Assembly (NCBI RefSeq): GCF_009914755.1
Contig: NC_060928.1
Length of the DNA: 64,000 nucleotides
Direction: 5' to 3' (one strand)
From: the human T2T-CHM13v2.0 reference genome, Homo sapiens
Part shown: positions 16,671-33,343 of the stretch, in pieces
Numbering within the stretch: the first letter of the stretch is position 1
Layout: each line of letters opens with the position of its first letter
The notes under the pieces: generated by a model
What the model was told of the DNA's origin: nothing
The model's input: only the letters and a program-made list of their open reading frames with translations
Database searches by the model: none
Translations under genes and position numbers: made by a program

Positions 16671-16896
16671 TTAATGCCAATCCTTCTCAAATCCTCCCAA
16701 AAAATTGAAGAGGAGGGAACACTTTCAAACCCATTTTATGAGGCCAGCATTACCCTGATATCAAAGACAGACAAGGACACTACAAGAAAAGAAAATTATA
16801 CGCCAATATCCACAATGAACATAGATGTGTGAATCCCCACCAAAATACTAGCAAACACATTAAAAGATTCATATACCTTTATCCCTAGGATGCAAG

Positions 16897-17441
16897 TATA
16901 GGGGAAGAATAATATCTCTTCCTTCTTCTCCCCTAATTTCATTGCTTATGTCCCCACAACGAAAGAAAGATTAACAAGAGAAAAGCACACCCATTTATTT
17001 AATGTATGTTTTATCTGACATGGGAGGCTTCATAAGGAAATGGAGATCTGAAGAAACAGTTAAACCTTTGTATATTTTTGCTATGTTTGATGAAGAGTGG
17101 ATAGTCATTGAAAAATATAGGGCAAAAGAGGTAAGATCTAATGGTAACAAACTAGAGGAAACTTAGTAAGGCCTGCTTGTTCAGATTCTTCTCCGTGACA
17201 AATGAAGATAAGGATATTTCTTTCCTCCAGATAGAGGGCATCTCTCACATGAGGGTCTTATTACCTACTTCAGGGGAAAGTCAGAAAATCTTTTCTAGGT
17301 TTTATAGCTTGCTTCAGGGGAGAAGGATGGGAGAGAGTCAGAGAGACCTTCCTACACAAGCTGTTTCTCAAATTCTTTCAGCTTAAATATTCAAAATGTC
17401 AAGATGCCATATTGTTGAGTAGCATGTCCTGAACCCCATCA
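16897..17441 (-). mobile_element. MER34/MER39-family ERV1 solo LTR
   Basis: Reverse complement begins tgatggggttcaggacatgctac...aatatttaagctgaaagaatttgagaaa. Approximate 4-bp TSD caag/caaa. Interrupts L1 ORF2. Confidence 0.75.
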
Positions 17442-17961
17442 CAAAGACAGTACATTATATACAAATCAACAAATGTGGTGCATTGCAGTAACAGAATGCA
17501 GAATAAAAATTATGTGATCATCTCGATAGATGCAGATAAAACATTTGATAAGATTCACCATCTTTTTATTATAAAAACTCACAACAAATTAGGCATAGTA
17601 GGAATTAACTCAACATAATAAAGGGTATATATGACAAGCCCAAAACTAACATCAGAATCAATGGTGAAAAGCTGAAAGCTTTTCCTGTAAGATCAGGAAG
17701 ATGAAAACAAGGCCCACACTTGCCACTTGTATTGAATATAGTACTGGCAGTCCTAGCCAGAACATTCAGGCACAAAAATGAAACAAAAGGCATCCAAATA
17801 TTAATAGGAAAGGAAGAAATAAAATTGTCTCTGGAGATGGAATAATCTTATATGTAGAAAACTGTACCAAAAACTCTATTAGAACTAATAAACTTTATAA
17901 AGTTGCAGGATACAAAAATCAGCTGCTTTATTTATTTATTTAAACCTTTGTTTTACATTCA

Positions 17962-19042
17962 GGGGTAGCTCCTCTCTGCTAGGCAAGTTGTCTCAACAAG
18001 TGTTCGCTCCCAGCAGGGAGGGTAGCTCCTCTCTGCAGCTGGTTGCCCCATTGTCTGTTCCAGCTCTCAAAAGAAAGGGTAGCTCCTCTCTGCAGCGGGT
18101 TGTCCTGTCATCTGTAGCTCTCAGCAGAGAGGAGGCTCTGGAGTGGGTAGCTCATCTCTGCAGCCAGTCATCCTCTATCTCCTGCTCTCAGCAGAGAAGA
18201 GGCCCTGGGGTTGGTAGCTCCTTTCTGCAGCCAGCCATCCTGAAGTCTGCTCAGCTCTGGCTGAGCCTGGGGCTTTTATGGGCCTTAGAGGGGAGGAAGT
18301 GCAGGCCAACTGGTCCATGGGTGGCCATGGGCAGTCCTGGAAAAGGCACCACAAGTTCCCACTCTGGTCCATGGGACTGGCAGCTTGGCCCCAGCCTTCA
18401 GGCCCTCCCTGCCCTCAGCTCCCCCTATAGTTTCCTTACTATGCTCACAGGCCCCCCAAACCTGGAGGGGGCCAAGGTGGCAGGGGGCTGGTGTGTCAGC
18501 ACTGCCCTGAGTGTTTGCACACCTGGCTGGGCTGTGACAGTGCCTGGGCTCAGTCTCAACTTTGTTCCAAGATCACAGTGGGCACTGACAGCAAGGAGAA
18601 GCTAGGCAGTGGAAGCAGGCATTTATAAGCCTGTGAAGGTGGGGTGTGGGTCCTTCCTGGGCCCCCAAGAGTACAGGGATGCCTGGGTCCACTACTGAAA
18701 TTTGGGCAGCTGCAACTGTGCCAGGGGCAGGGCTCCTGCCTGCTCCATGGAGCAGGAGGTCCAGGTCTGCAGCTGCAGTTTGAACGGCTGCAGCTGCACC
18801 TGAAAGAGTGGGACTCCCGCCTGCTCCTGGACCATGAGAGCACAGGGATGCCTGGGTTCACAGCCATATCTTGGGTGGCTGCAGTGGCTCCCAGAGAACT
18901 CCTGCCCCAACTTGAAAGGGATGGGGCTCCCACTTATCCCTGGCTCCTGCCCACTCTGTGGAGCATGCAGCCCCTGCTGCACCTCCCTGCTGCAGCCAGT
19001 GTGATGGCAGCGGTTGCTCCAGATGGCCCACTGTTGCCATCA
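17962..19042 (-). mobile_element. MER52-family ERV1 LTR, truncated
   Basis: GC-rich, repeated gggtagctcctctctgcagc units. Reverse complement begins tgatggcaacagtgggccatctggagc. Confidence 0.8.
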
Positions 19043-19435
19043 ATCTCAATTACATGTGGATTCTAAAAGTCAAATTCATAAAATAGAGATTAGAATGGTG
19101 ATTTCCAAGGTCTGGAGGGTGGAGAGGGAGGGAAATGGGGGGATGTTTGGCAAAGGGTAAAAGGTTTCAGTTATGCAGGATGAATAAGTTCTAGAGATAT
19201 TATATACAGCATGGTGATTATAGTTAATATTACTGTAGAATATACATGCAATTTGCTAAGAGAATAGCTCTTAAATATTCTCACCACATACAAAAAAATG
19301 GTAACTTATATGAGATGATGGATATGTTAATCAGCTTGTGGTAATCATTTCACAATATACATGTATATCAAGACATTACATTGTCCATCTTAAATATATA
19401 CAATTTTTATTTTGTCAATTATATGTCAATAGAGA
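19043..19435 (+). mobile_element. L1MA 3'UTR fragment
   Basis: agaatggtgatttcca, gttctagagatattatatacagcatggtga, aaatattctcaccaca, ending in caattttt...caata. Confidence 0.8.
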
Positions 19436-19703
19436 ACCCATCCCCCAAAATTTGTGGTTTAGAGTTAGTATGAATAATGCCAATGGGTTTTCAGTTCATA
19501 AAAGAGTGATCTGCTGACAAAAGAATGAGGGGAGCAAGTTTTAGGAGATGTGTTGACTGAGGAAGTTTCTTCAGAAGGAGCTGCTGTATATTCCATTATG
19601 TTTTTTATTCTCTGTTTGATCTTGCTGTCCTGTGGAACTTTGATGTAATTAGGAAACACATTCCTCGGGTTAAATGTGAATAGGATGGGATGGTCTGTGA
19701 ATG

Positions 19704-20941
<1,238 letters not shown>

Positions 20942-21051
20942 TCTTCTGCACAATTTTTTAAGTGGGGGGACTCTTTTGAAAGGACTTCAGGCTGAGACTT
21001 CTGAAAGCATGTAGTGAAGGGCTGAGGGACAAGACCAGAAGGTGGGGCCTA

Positions 21052-21651
<600 letters not shown>

Positions 21652-22295
21652 TTAAGAGTTGATCAGAAAGCAAAGTAACAATGATATGTTACAGAGGAGT
21701 GAGCTTGCAATGAGATCTGTGAAATTTGGCAAAGCACAGGAAGTGTCCAATTCAGCTAGATTGGATTGGTGCTAAGGCAGTTTGAGCTTGAGGTTGTCCA
21801 GAATCCTTTCTGCTAACGAATGCCAACTACAAGGGGAATCCCTGCCTCACCGTTTGCATATAGATTTAGGAGGAAATGCAGATTTGCTCATTTGGTTTCT
21901 GTGCAATTTTAGAGTCAAAATGAAACTAGAATGTGAATATTAGAGTATGTGAACCTTCTTAGTATAAAGCTGGATTCCCCTCTGACTTCTGTAGCATTTA
22001 GGAAATTGTGCCTTATAATAGCAGCAATCAATAATACATTGTCCTTTCATCAAGTAACAACAATGACTGCTGATGCTCAGATCCTAGTGTTCTGTAGAAT
22101 CTAGCAACCCATTGTTTGGATACAAGGGTGCATGAATTAACAATATTCACTGCTCATTTTCTTTGTGTTTGCATTCTAGTCTTCTGGAAATGGAGTTACT
22201 AAAAAAATACTTTCCAAAAAATGAAGTGTTGATTTTTTTTCTTTGTCAGGTAAGAGCCATAATACATGTTCATCATTTTTAAAAAATTGGAATAG

Positions 22296-22583
<288 letters not shown>

Positions 22584-23149
22584 TCATTGTTGACTTGTAT
22601 ACAATAGAGTCCCTTAACTCATCTCCACTTAAGGAAACCACTAGATTAATGGATACAACCTCTATTCTATCTGCAAAGTCCTCAGTAGGCTCAAGATGTG
22701 ACACTGGCATTCTCACAGTGCATCTAAACACATCTCCCACCAGTTGCATGGTCTACTTACCAGGAGTCAGTTTTGTTTGTTCCCAGATGTGTTTATAAAG
22801 TTTGCAGTGAAAAAAATATGTAATTAGGAATTATGTAAATGGATGAAAATATAGCAAAGAACATTCTCCCCACCATCACCAAATGCTGTCAGATTAGGTA
22901 TGGACATGCAACTATAAAAGATTGAGAACAAATCATTAAAATCTAGAAGATTTGTCCTCAGATTGCTTCAAGAGTATCTTTAAGTTCTTGCTACATTCTA
23001 AAGAAACTAGAAAATTGTAGTTGATGCATTAAGGATGTGAGACTGCATTGTTAGGTATGAAATACAAAATGAGCGAAGATGCTCCCAAAAACAAAATAAC
23101 GAAACAAAAATAAAAACCCAACAACAATAAAACTGTAAATCCATGCAAT

Positions 23150-23405
23150 GTTTAATATGTGCCGTGGACTGTTCCAGGCCCTGGAGAAATATTATTCATT
23201 TTATTGTCATAAATAATATTGTCATAATTACTCTATGAAGTAGAAAGTAAGTGGTATTGTTATCCCATTTTACAAAGGAGGAAACTGAGGTGCAGCAACA
23301 TGAAGTTTCTTACCCTGGATTACCCAGCTGGTAAGTAATAGAGCAGACATTTAAACACAGGCAACCTGGTCCTTAGTCCATGACTTCAGCCATTGCCTTA
23401 TACTA
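23150..23405 (-). mobile_element. MIR
   Basis: cccattttacaaaggaggaaactgagg core. Confidence 0.7.
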
Positions 23406-23469
23406 GCCTTTGATTCTACAGCAATCTTTTAAATTTTTGAGTAAAAACTCAATTGATATATGTTTGTAT

Positions 23470-24570
23470 CTTTAAAAACAAATTATTTTGGAAATCCTGA
23501 AGCCTGTATAAAAGTAGAGAGGAGAGCGTGATGAGACCCCACTTACCCACTACTCAACCTCAGCAATTATCAACTCATGGCCAATCTTTTATTGTATCTC
23601 TCCTCATTCACCTCCTCCTGGCTCTTGAAATATATTAAAACAAATATAAGAAATCATATATTCTCATCCATAAATATTCCAGAATGCATCTCTAAAAGAC
23701 AAGGACTTCTTTTTATTACACTTGATCTTAGTCAAAAGACCAAGAAGCGATGACAAGGACTTCTTTTAAAAAGCATAGCCATAGCCATAGCTACAACATC
23801 ACCATCACACCTTAAAAAAGAGAAAAATTCCTGAATTTAATCAAATATCCAGACAGCATTTCAGTTTCTCTGACTGTCTCAAAAACGTTTTGAGGGATTT
23901 TCTCCCCAAATAGAATCCAAGTAAGATCACTGTAGTTGTTCTGTTTTCATCTACATGTCCCCTCCCCTCCCTTTTCCCCCTTCAAAGTCAAGAGAAAATA
24001 GGTCCTTTGTCCTACCAAGTGTTCCACACTCTGAATTTTGCTGATTTTTGTCTCCTTTGATGTCATTTAAACCATTTCTCTGTCTCTCTCCTGCATTTCT
24101 TATAAATTGGGAGGCATAAATAGAGGTACAATCTGACTCAGGTTTTGATTTTTTTGTCATTAGTCATAGGCAGTGTCATAGGCAGTGGTGTGATAATCCC
24201 ACCAGGAGTACATACCGTCTGGTTATGTCTGTTTCTGTAATGTTAATATCTCTTGCCTGATCCTTTATTTTATGGGGATGCTATTCTACTATTCCTGCTT
24301 CGTTCGTTATGTGGAATATTTCCATTAAAGGAAATTTGTCCTCATCAACTCTTTAGTTACCCTAAATTTTGCACAGTAAAAGCAGGAAAAATGCTTGGTT
24401 ATTTTCTATTTACCAGTTTTCAGAGAAATGAGCTATTTCCTAGCTTCTCTAAAGGTGTCCGATGAGGGTTTTTTTCCTGAGTAATTTTAAACCTGTAACT
24501 TCACAAATATTGATGTGCTTCAGTCTACTGCAGTTATTGATGCTTGAACTGTATTATCTTTACCTGGGTA
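23470..24570 (-). mobile_element. L1MC4/5-like 3' fragment
   Basis: aattatcaactcatggccaatc, atctctaaaagacaaggact, aatatccagacagcatttcagtttctctgactgtctc. Confidence 0.6.
23714..23751 (-). pseudogene. RNU2: U2 snRNA 5'-fragment retropseudogene (about nt 1-38), tailless
   Basis: Reverse complement atcgcttcttggtcttttgactaagatcaagtgtaata matches U2 5' end ATCGCTTCTCGGCCTTTTGGCTAAGATCAAGTGTAGTA. Perfect 16-bp TSD gacaaggacttctttt. Confidence 0.92.
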
Positions 24571-24714
24571 AACAGAACTTCCTCCATTTAGTTATTGGGT
24601 ACTTGTAACACTACCCCATCATATTCTAGGCTCAACCTGTTCTATGTAATATTTTTAATGATATCTCTCCATATTATCTTTTGTTCTATTTTTCAACTAG
24701 CTGACAAACAGCTA

Positions 24715-24955
24715 GGAGGCGTGGCTGTTGAGGCTTCCTGGATTCATCTTCCAGCTTTTACATTTTCTGCTACATGACTTGGGCAAGTTATTTAACTTAG
24801 CTCTGCAACAATTCCTTCATCTATAAAATGGGAATCATAATAATTGTACTTACCACAAGTTGTTAATAGAAGGATAAACTGAATTAATGTATGTAAAAAC
24901 ACTGAGCACAGTACCTCACACACAGCAAAAACTCAACAAATAGTAGTTATTTTCA
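24715..24955 (+). mobile_element. MIR
   Basis: gacttgggcaagttatttaac...tcatctataaaatggga...actcaacaaat. Confidence 0.75.
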
Positions 24956-25049
24956 TTAGGTTTAATAAGACTGCTTTAGTGTGTCCTCTTTCTAAATTTT
25001 TCTAAGCATTATTGACACAGTTGTGATTATAATTTACATTTATTTGCTT

Positions 25050-25430
25050 CCTGACATTTTTTCTTGTAACAACATACACATTATATATGTTCCAACAAAC
25101 ATTTCAGAAACACAAATTCCAAAAATGCTGTAAAACTCTATTATGTGGTAAATACCATAATTTACCTAACCTACAAGCTCTCCCATAAAGACAGCTAATT
25201 TCCAACTTTCCCTAGTATTAATACAAATAACGCAGTAGTGACTATCTTTGTGGACAGAGGTTTTTGTTTTTCTTCTACATTTAGCATTATTTCTTTACTA
25301 CAAATTTCCAAAAGCGAAATGACTAAGTTTTGACCAAATTTATTTCCCCATGGTTTGTAATCGATTCACATTTACGTTTTTAGTGTGGACTGAAAAATGT
25401 TTATCCACTGCCAATTATTTTTCATGCTCT
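25050..25430 (-). mobile_element. Old L1ME-like fragment
   Basis: ataccataatttacctaacc, ttatttctttactacaaatttccaaaag. Boundaries approximate. Confidence 0.45.
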
Positions 25431-26299
25431 TTTATACAATCCGATGACAAAATCAAGCCATTGAAATTGGTCAGCGCTATTGAAAAAATGGTGTAGTATG
25501 GTCACAGTCTCCTAGCAGTCTATGTACAGCAATGTCAGCCTAGCTTCGTTGAGTCAAACCAGGGAGATGGAGGGAAATTTTGGCTGCCACAGCCTTGAGT
25601 GCGGTGAAAAAAGAAAAAAAAGAAAGAAAAAGAAAACCAGCACTCTGAGTAATCTAGTAATTGGGTTCTGCCCTCTCATGAGCTGACAGGAGACCACAAT
25701 CACGTGAAACAACCACCAAAGATGGTAACAGCTCAGCAAGAGTGACTTGGGCTTAACAGGTGCAGAGTCCTGGCTTGGAAAGGGAGCTTGGCTTACCAGG
25801 GCTCTGCTGCACTCTTGAACCTGGCTGCAGGGGTATGAAAGGGGCTGAAATCTGGCCCAACCCCTGCCAAGCAGTGAAGCTTAGTGTGGATATTACCCTT
25901 CCAGAAGGATCCTCCCAGAAAGAGCAGATTTTTGCCACTCATCTACCCAGGAGAGGTGCTACTTTCGAATTCACACAAAGGCTGTGTGTGCCACATAGGT
26001 TCCTGACATTCCTTTGAGTGAGAAGCCTTGATCTGACAGGAAGACAGCTAGAGAGTGCTTAACTGTTGCTTCTCCAGAGTCAATTCCTTGTGGAAACTTT
26101 CTGTCCCTGCACCTGTGAAATGTGCTTAATGGATTTTGGAGACCTACGGTAAGATGGAAGATGATAGTCCTCAAAGGCCAGGAATCCCAAGGTGTATTAC
26201 TTGAGCCACTCCTAAACCCAACAAAATTTCCCTTCTAAATTGCTATCCGCTCCCAAATAAGTATCTTAATTTAGCTAATTTTGTAGCCTAATGGTGAAG

Positions 26300-26500
26300 C
26301 TACAGACGCTAAATGAGAAAAGCCTGGATTAGAATTCTGCCTTCACTAAAATAATATCTGTGTGATCTCACATTCCTCCTTATCTGCAGATTCAGGAAAT
26401 AGAAGCACCTGCTTTCCACTTTTCAGGGTTGTTTTGAGGACTAAATGAGTCACTGTGCATAAAGTATTTGGTGTGTTTTAAGTATTCCATAAAGGTGGGC
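26300..26500 (+). mobile_element. MIR
   Basis: gcctggattagaattctgcc, ttcctccttatctg, agggttgttttgaggactaaatgag. Confidence 0.6.
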
Positions 26501-27334
26501 TCTCACTGTTATTGTGCATTTGAGCCACCTTTGCCTCCTACCCCTTGTTTTGGGTAGGGAGTGGGTTTCTTCCTCTTGTGATGGGAATATTTCCATTTAC
26601 CTGTGTTATACAGTCTTGGTTCTGGGGTTTGCATGCTGAGTGTAGCAGGAAGGGAGGAGGAAGCACTTACTTCTAAAGGGCACAGAATAGTTGCCACCTT
26701 CGTTAGCTATTCCTTTTCTATTTCCTATTCACCCAAGAGGAATTCCATGCATCTCCTCGGGCGTCTAGCACCGCCAGCGAGCAAGAACACACACCTCATT
26801 CCCTCCGATTAAAATGAGTAAGCCAAAGGGATGAAATGTTCCTTTCGGCACTCACTCAGGTAAATTGGTTCTCAGTGTTTAAAAGGAGAGAGGGGGAACA
26901 AGAATGATGCTCTGTGCCAGAGTTCTGTGTTAAGTGCTTCCAGTCCTCTGGCAAAAGCAGACTGTGCATAGCCCCACCCAGGCTTGAGGAGACTTCTCCC
27001 CACAGCATCTGTTTAAAATAAAAATATTGCCGTATGTCAGAGGAAGGTTTGAACCTTCCCACTGCTCCTCTCTTGCTCCTTCTGTCATAATGGAGGTAGA
27101 AGATTTAATGACAACCTTCCATTCCAAGGAGGAGAGACTAGATTCAAATCCTGTGATGGGGAGGAAGGACAGGAACCTAGAGGCAGAATATTGAATTCCA
27201 GGCCTTGTTCTGTCCTTTATTAGCTTTGTGAGCTTGGAACAGAGACTTCATCTTCTAGAAAGAAGTAATCTTAAGCTTAGGGTCCTTGATTGTGTCTTGC
27301 TTATGAGGTATCTTTGCCAAACAATTCAATGTGA

Positions 27335-27965
27335 TTCTAATCAGACCACTAGATCTAACTACCAGTTTACAGAAAATACAGGGAATGGAGGAACATGTTA
27401 AATGACACCACAGTGATATAATCAGCAAAATCTAAAAGGTGAGAAATTTACAGGGCAAATCACTCTCTTTCTTTAACAAGAGAATGTCAGGGAGACAAGG
27501 AGGCCTATATAGCTGATAGAGATTTAAGAGAGTTGATCAAATGCAATGTGTGAACTGCTTTTTCTTCCAATGCAAACAAAGCAACTGTAGAAATACATTT
27601 ACGGGAAATCTGAGACATTTGAAAGGGTTTGGATGTTTGATGACTTGAAAAATTACTGTTATTTTCTTTGGAAGTAACACTGGTAGTGCCATTGTGAAAG
27701 TTCTTCTTGGAGATACATACTAAAGTATGTATGGATAATAACAGAATAATATGATACAGAAATAGTATGTGTGCCATTTACTTCAAAATAATTTAGTAAT
27801 AGAAGACAGATAGGGAGAGCGATGATGTAATAAGATCTGTCTTGTGTCGATAATTTTTGCAACTGGTCAATGGACTTATGATATATCCTCTCTAATTATA
27901 ATATTCTCTCATTATAATATTCTCTCTAATTTTGTGTATGTTTAAAATGTTCCATCATAAAAGGT
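27335..27965 (+). mobile_element. L1MC-like 3' end
   Basis: tctaactaccagtttacagaaaataca, gagatacatactaaagtat, ending atgtttaaaatgttccatcataaaa. Confidence 0.65.
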
Positions 27966-27974
27966 TAAAGGTAT

Positions 27975-28172
27975 GAAAGAATGTGGGCTTTGGAGTGAGG
28001 AAGACTGCTTGGATCTACTCTTATTGGCCCAATTAACCTCTAATTCAGCTCCCTCATGAAGGAAAAAAAAAATAGCATCTGCCTCATAGGATTGCTCTAG
28101 GTACAAGGAAAACACTTGTCACCATGCCTGGCATGTGATAAGTGACAAGTCAATGTTAGCTGTCATTATTAA
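27975..28172 (+). mobile_element. MIR
   Basis: gggctttggagt, ctgcctcataggattg, gcctggcatgtgataagtg...aatgttagct. Confidence 0.65.
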
Positions 28173-28744
28173 TAAAACAAGAGATTTGGTTTAGACTCAT
28201 TATCTTCTGTAGTTCTTTTCAACTAAAAGGGTCTCTGATTTCCAACCTATTTCATCATGTCTTGCTTGGCCCTGTTTATTTTCTCTTCTACTCCACATTC
28301 ATGTTTCTGGAAACTAACTTCCTCTAACGTTCACCTCCCTTTGCCCAAGGCACCTGGACTCTTCACCTGGGCGGGCAGGTGTCAGTTCCATAAGGCGTGT
28401 TGGACTGACTCCTGGATTGGCAGGTGCAGGTTTCTGATTTCTTCACCTGTTCACTCCCTAGCTGGCTCTTTTTCTTGTAGCTTCCTGTTACCTGAAAGGA
28501 GAGCTCAGAGCTTCAGGAGGAGGGTAGAAATTGGAGTGGAGAAGGGCACGCAGGATGCAATTACATCCTGACTCTTAGCATGCCTCCCCAGCTTCCCCAC
28601 CCTGCAGCTCGGCAGTGGACAAGAGTCAGACTCCTGGGTGCCTGGCCCAACTGTTTCTCCCTGGCAGTGTGGAACTGGGCAAGGCACTTGATTTTGCTCC
28701 TTTGTAAAATGGGGACAATAATACCCATGTTTTTGTTAATACAA

Positions 28745-28960
28745 AGCTAAGAGTGTAAACTCCAGAGCCAGACTCCAGAGCCAGGTTAGAATTTTGGCTC
28801 CACCTTGTATTAATGGCGTGATTTTGGATTTCACTGTGGCACAGTTTCCTCATTGGAAAATGGGAATAGTAACAGGATCTACCACATAGGATTATGGGGA
28901 GGCTTAAATTGAACAGTGCCTGGCACAGGGAAGGTAATCAGCAAATGCTGGTGGTTGTTA
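28745..28960 (+). mobile_element. MIR
   Basis: actccagagccaga (duplicated), cagtttcctcattggaaaatggg, acagtgcctggcaca. Confidence 0.7.
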
Positions 28961-30595
28961 CTGTCTTCATCTTGCTATCCTGTTGCACAAAGCATGTTGG
29001 GAGCTCACTCCAGTGCCTGGCACCTCACTCAAGCCCTTCTTTCAGGCCCGTTTTATTTCCAGACCAGCCCAGGCATCCACCCACCAGCAGTTGGGGCCAG
29101 CAGGGTGTACAGTGAATGTGTCACAGACCAAGGTCATGCAAGGAGAAACACTGTCACACCCATCCCAGTTTCAGACATTTCCTTTGCCCCAAGGCACTTT
29201 GGACTGTAATCCTTCCAAAGATGAACCTGGGGTGGGGTAGGATGGGACAGGGAGGAGGGAAAGAAGGACAGCCACGCCCTATGGGCTGTCACGTCTTGTG
29301 TGAAGTAAGTGACTTCCCCCAGGAAGACCAGAGAGGGAGGTGAGGCTGGAAAAATAGAATGAATCACCCCACCCTGGCTACACCCAACTGCTCCTATGGG
29401 CACCTTGAGGCCACAAACTGTGGGTCAGGAAGGGGCCCCACCACCTGGTGCCTGGAGCTGTAAGTTACTCCCCTCTTTGGAGCGGTGGTTTAACTCCTTA
29501 AAGCTTCTGACTCTGACTCATTACTCAGCATTGGATGGAGCCCAAGACACGTGGAAAATAAGGATGGAACCCAAGAAAACAAGAAGGATGGGAAACAACA
29601 AGGGATTCAAATCACAAAGGCAACAGCCCTGTGAAAAATTTTTCTTGAGCTAAGCCTGGTGGAGGGGCTTGATGTAGGCTAGGGTTACCCAGTGTCCTCC
29701 CTCCGAATTACAGGGGTGGGGATGTTTGGTCCCTGGCTCTGTTAAGGCATCAAATCTACTTTATGACTTAAGAACCCACACTCATTAATATACGGTCCTC
29801 CTCACCCCCTGTCCCCGTGACCTCCCCAGAATATAGAATTGTGGGCAGGGAAAGTTGTAAGGACAATTGGGCCTTGTGCTCCCTCCTCTGGGTGTTGAGA
29901 AAGATCTGGAATGGAATTAGCTTTGTGGGGATTTCCAGGTGCCGAATCCCTGGAGCATGTTCAAACTGAGCTGGGCTGTTTTCACCTGCCTGATGGGCGG
30001 CAGGCCAAGCCACACCCAGTTGTGCCAAGTCATGGGTCCAAAGTGTTTGTCACAGCATCTCAGCAAAGATGTCAGGCTGGATTTAACAGAAACAAAGCTA
30101 AAATGATCAACACCACCAAAAGCCCAGCTATAGGGAGTGATCTATCTTTCGGCTTAGTATATATTTGAAAATGTAAGATAAAGAAAAATCTTACTTCAGA
30201 GTAAAAGGAGTATGTGATTTTGAAGATCTGGGCATTGGGGTCTCAGCTCCAATGGTCAGGGCTGTGCGTGAGGAGAGAGGCTGGTGAGGAGAGCTTTGTC
30301 TATAGCACAATAGTTGGGGGGATTTTTTTCCTGCCTTCGACTTAATAAAGACAAAGAAAGGATTTGTTGAAAATGACAGAGCCTACTCTCCATAATGAGA
30401 ACCATATTATATTTAGTATAGAGAGAATATATGCAACACATTTTAAAGCAGAGGTTTTACACTGCCTCCCTCCTTCCACAATATACTCAAGGAATACAAC
30501 ACTTCCCCAGGCTCTCTGTGGTTTTTTTCTCAACGGTGGAATGGGGATGTGAGGCCAGCGCTTCGGGAGAGGATGCCTGTGGGTCTGAAAAGGAA

Positions 30596-31301
<706 letters not shown>

Positions 31302-32496
31302 AGGGACAACAGTGATTCTGTAATGCACACTGTCCCCCAACCCCCCAGCCCTCTCCTTGGGACCTGCCATGTCAACAGCATGGAGACTGCAGGGCCCCAG
31401 GTCTGTCTCCAGTTCCTCCGCATGAGCCACTGTGGTAAACCCATAATCGGTGGGTGGGGAGACCATCTGTGCTGGTCTGATCTGTCTTTTCAAGTCCAGA
31501 GCAGCTTCTAGATAGCTTTTCCCTGTGAATCGACTGGCTGCCTCAGTCAGTGGTTGGCAGAAAATCCCAGGCTTCCCTTGGCTACAGCCATGTCTGGTTC
31601 TGGTTTCACGAGGGACCTAGGTTTACGGGGCAAACTGATCCAACTGGAGCCTTCATGGCTAGAACTCTTGTGTTCTCTGTCACAGTTGAGCTGTCTGGAG
31701 ATCAATTCTACAATCCCTGCGGTTCCCAGGTAAGAGGGGGATGGTATAGCAAAGCCCACCACCACTTCCAGAAAACCAATTCAAAATGCACTAGATACAC
31801 TCTCTTTATTGTAAGACTACAAAGAAATAAGAATAAGAATACACATTTTGTACTTTGTATTTTCATAAAGAAACATAGGTAGGGTTAAAAAAAAGTAATA
31901 AAAATGATTTACCAACAAGGGAGAAAAGGAAGAGGAAAGATTGGATTAACGGAAAGAAGTGGCAGCTAGTATACTTCTCAGGTATACTATATTTTAGAAT
32001 TTTGACTTTTGAGTCATGTAAGTGAATGACCCACTCAAATAAAATTTTAACTTAAAAACTGTACTATTCATGAAAAGGGGCCCAGAGTCCCATTTTTGCA
32101 TTGGAAACACATCCTAGGCAATTTGTCCAAAGGTAGCTTGCTTTAAATGCCATATTACCCTATTTTAATAATGGTGATAGTCTATTTGTTTAGCATGAAC
32201 GAGGGCCTGTAGAACCTGCTGGTAATAGTGCTATAATGGGCATTCAATGATGTAGCGTCATTCACAGGATCTTGATCTCTTAGTCTGGGCTTCCTAGGGA
32301 ACCAGCTGAGTGGCCTTGGACTCAACCCTGTACCTTTCTGCTCCTCAATTCCTCATCTGTGACACAAGCTTAATTCACCTGTTCTGTGTGCTCATAGGCT
32401 GTTATCTGGCTCAACTGTGAAAACACTTTGAAATCACCATTATCATCATCCTCATGGTGGAGTTTTCAGTTGTGCATGTACAACTGGAAGCCATTG

Positions 32497-33343
<847 letters not shown>

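Larger units (their letters stand above)
13020..17921 (+). mobile_element. Old L1MA-type element: 5'UTR, ORF1 and 5' half of ORF2 (decayed, with insertions)
   Basis: Repetitive 5'UTR at 13300-13720. ORF1-like peptide ENFSNLEK...QIHEAQRTP...SPRHIIIK at 14339-14596. ORF2 endonuclease start TITLNVN...CLQETH at 15279-15533. Confidence 0.88.

Noticed and set aside
17988-19066. Long ORFs of 125-205 aa on both strands
   Set aside because: All lie in the GC-rich MER52 LTR, where stop codons are scarce. No protein family signal.
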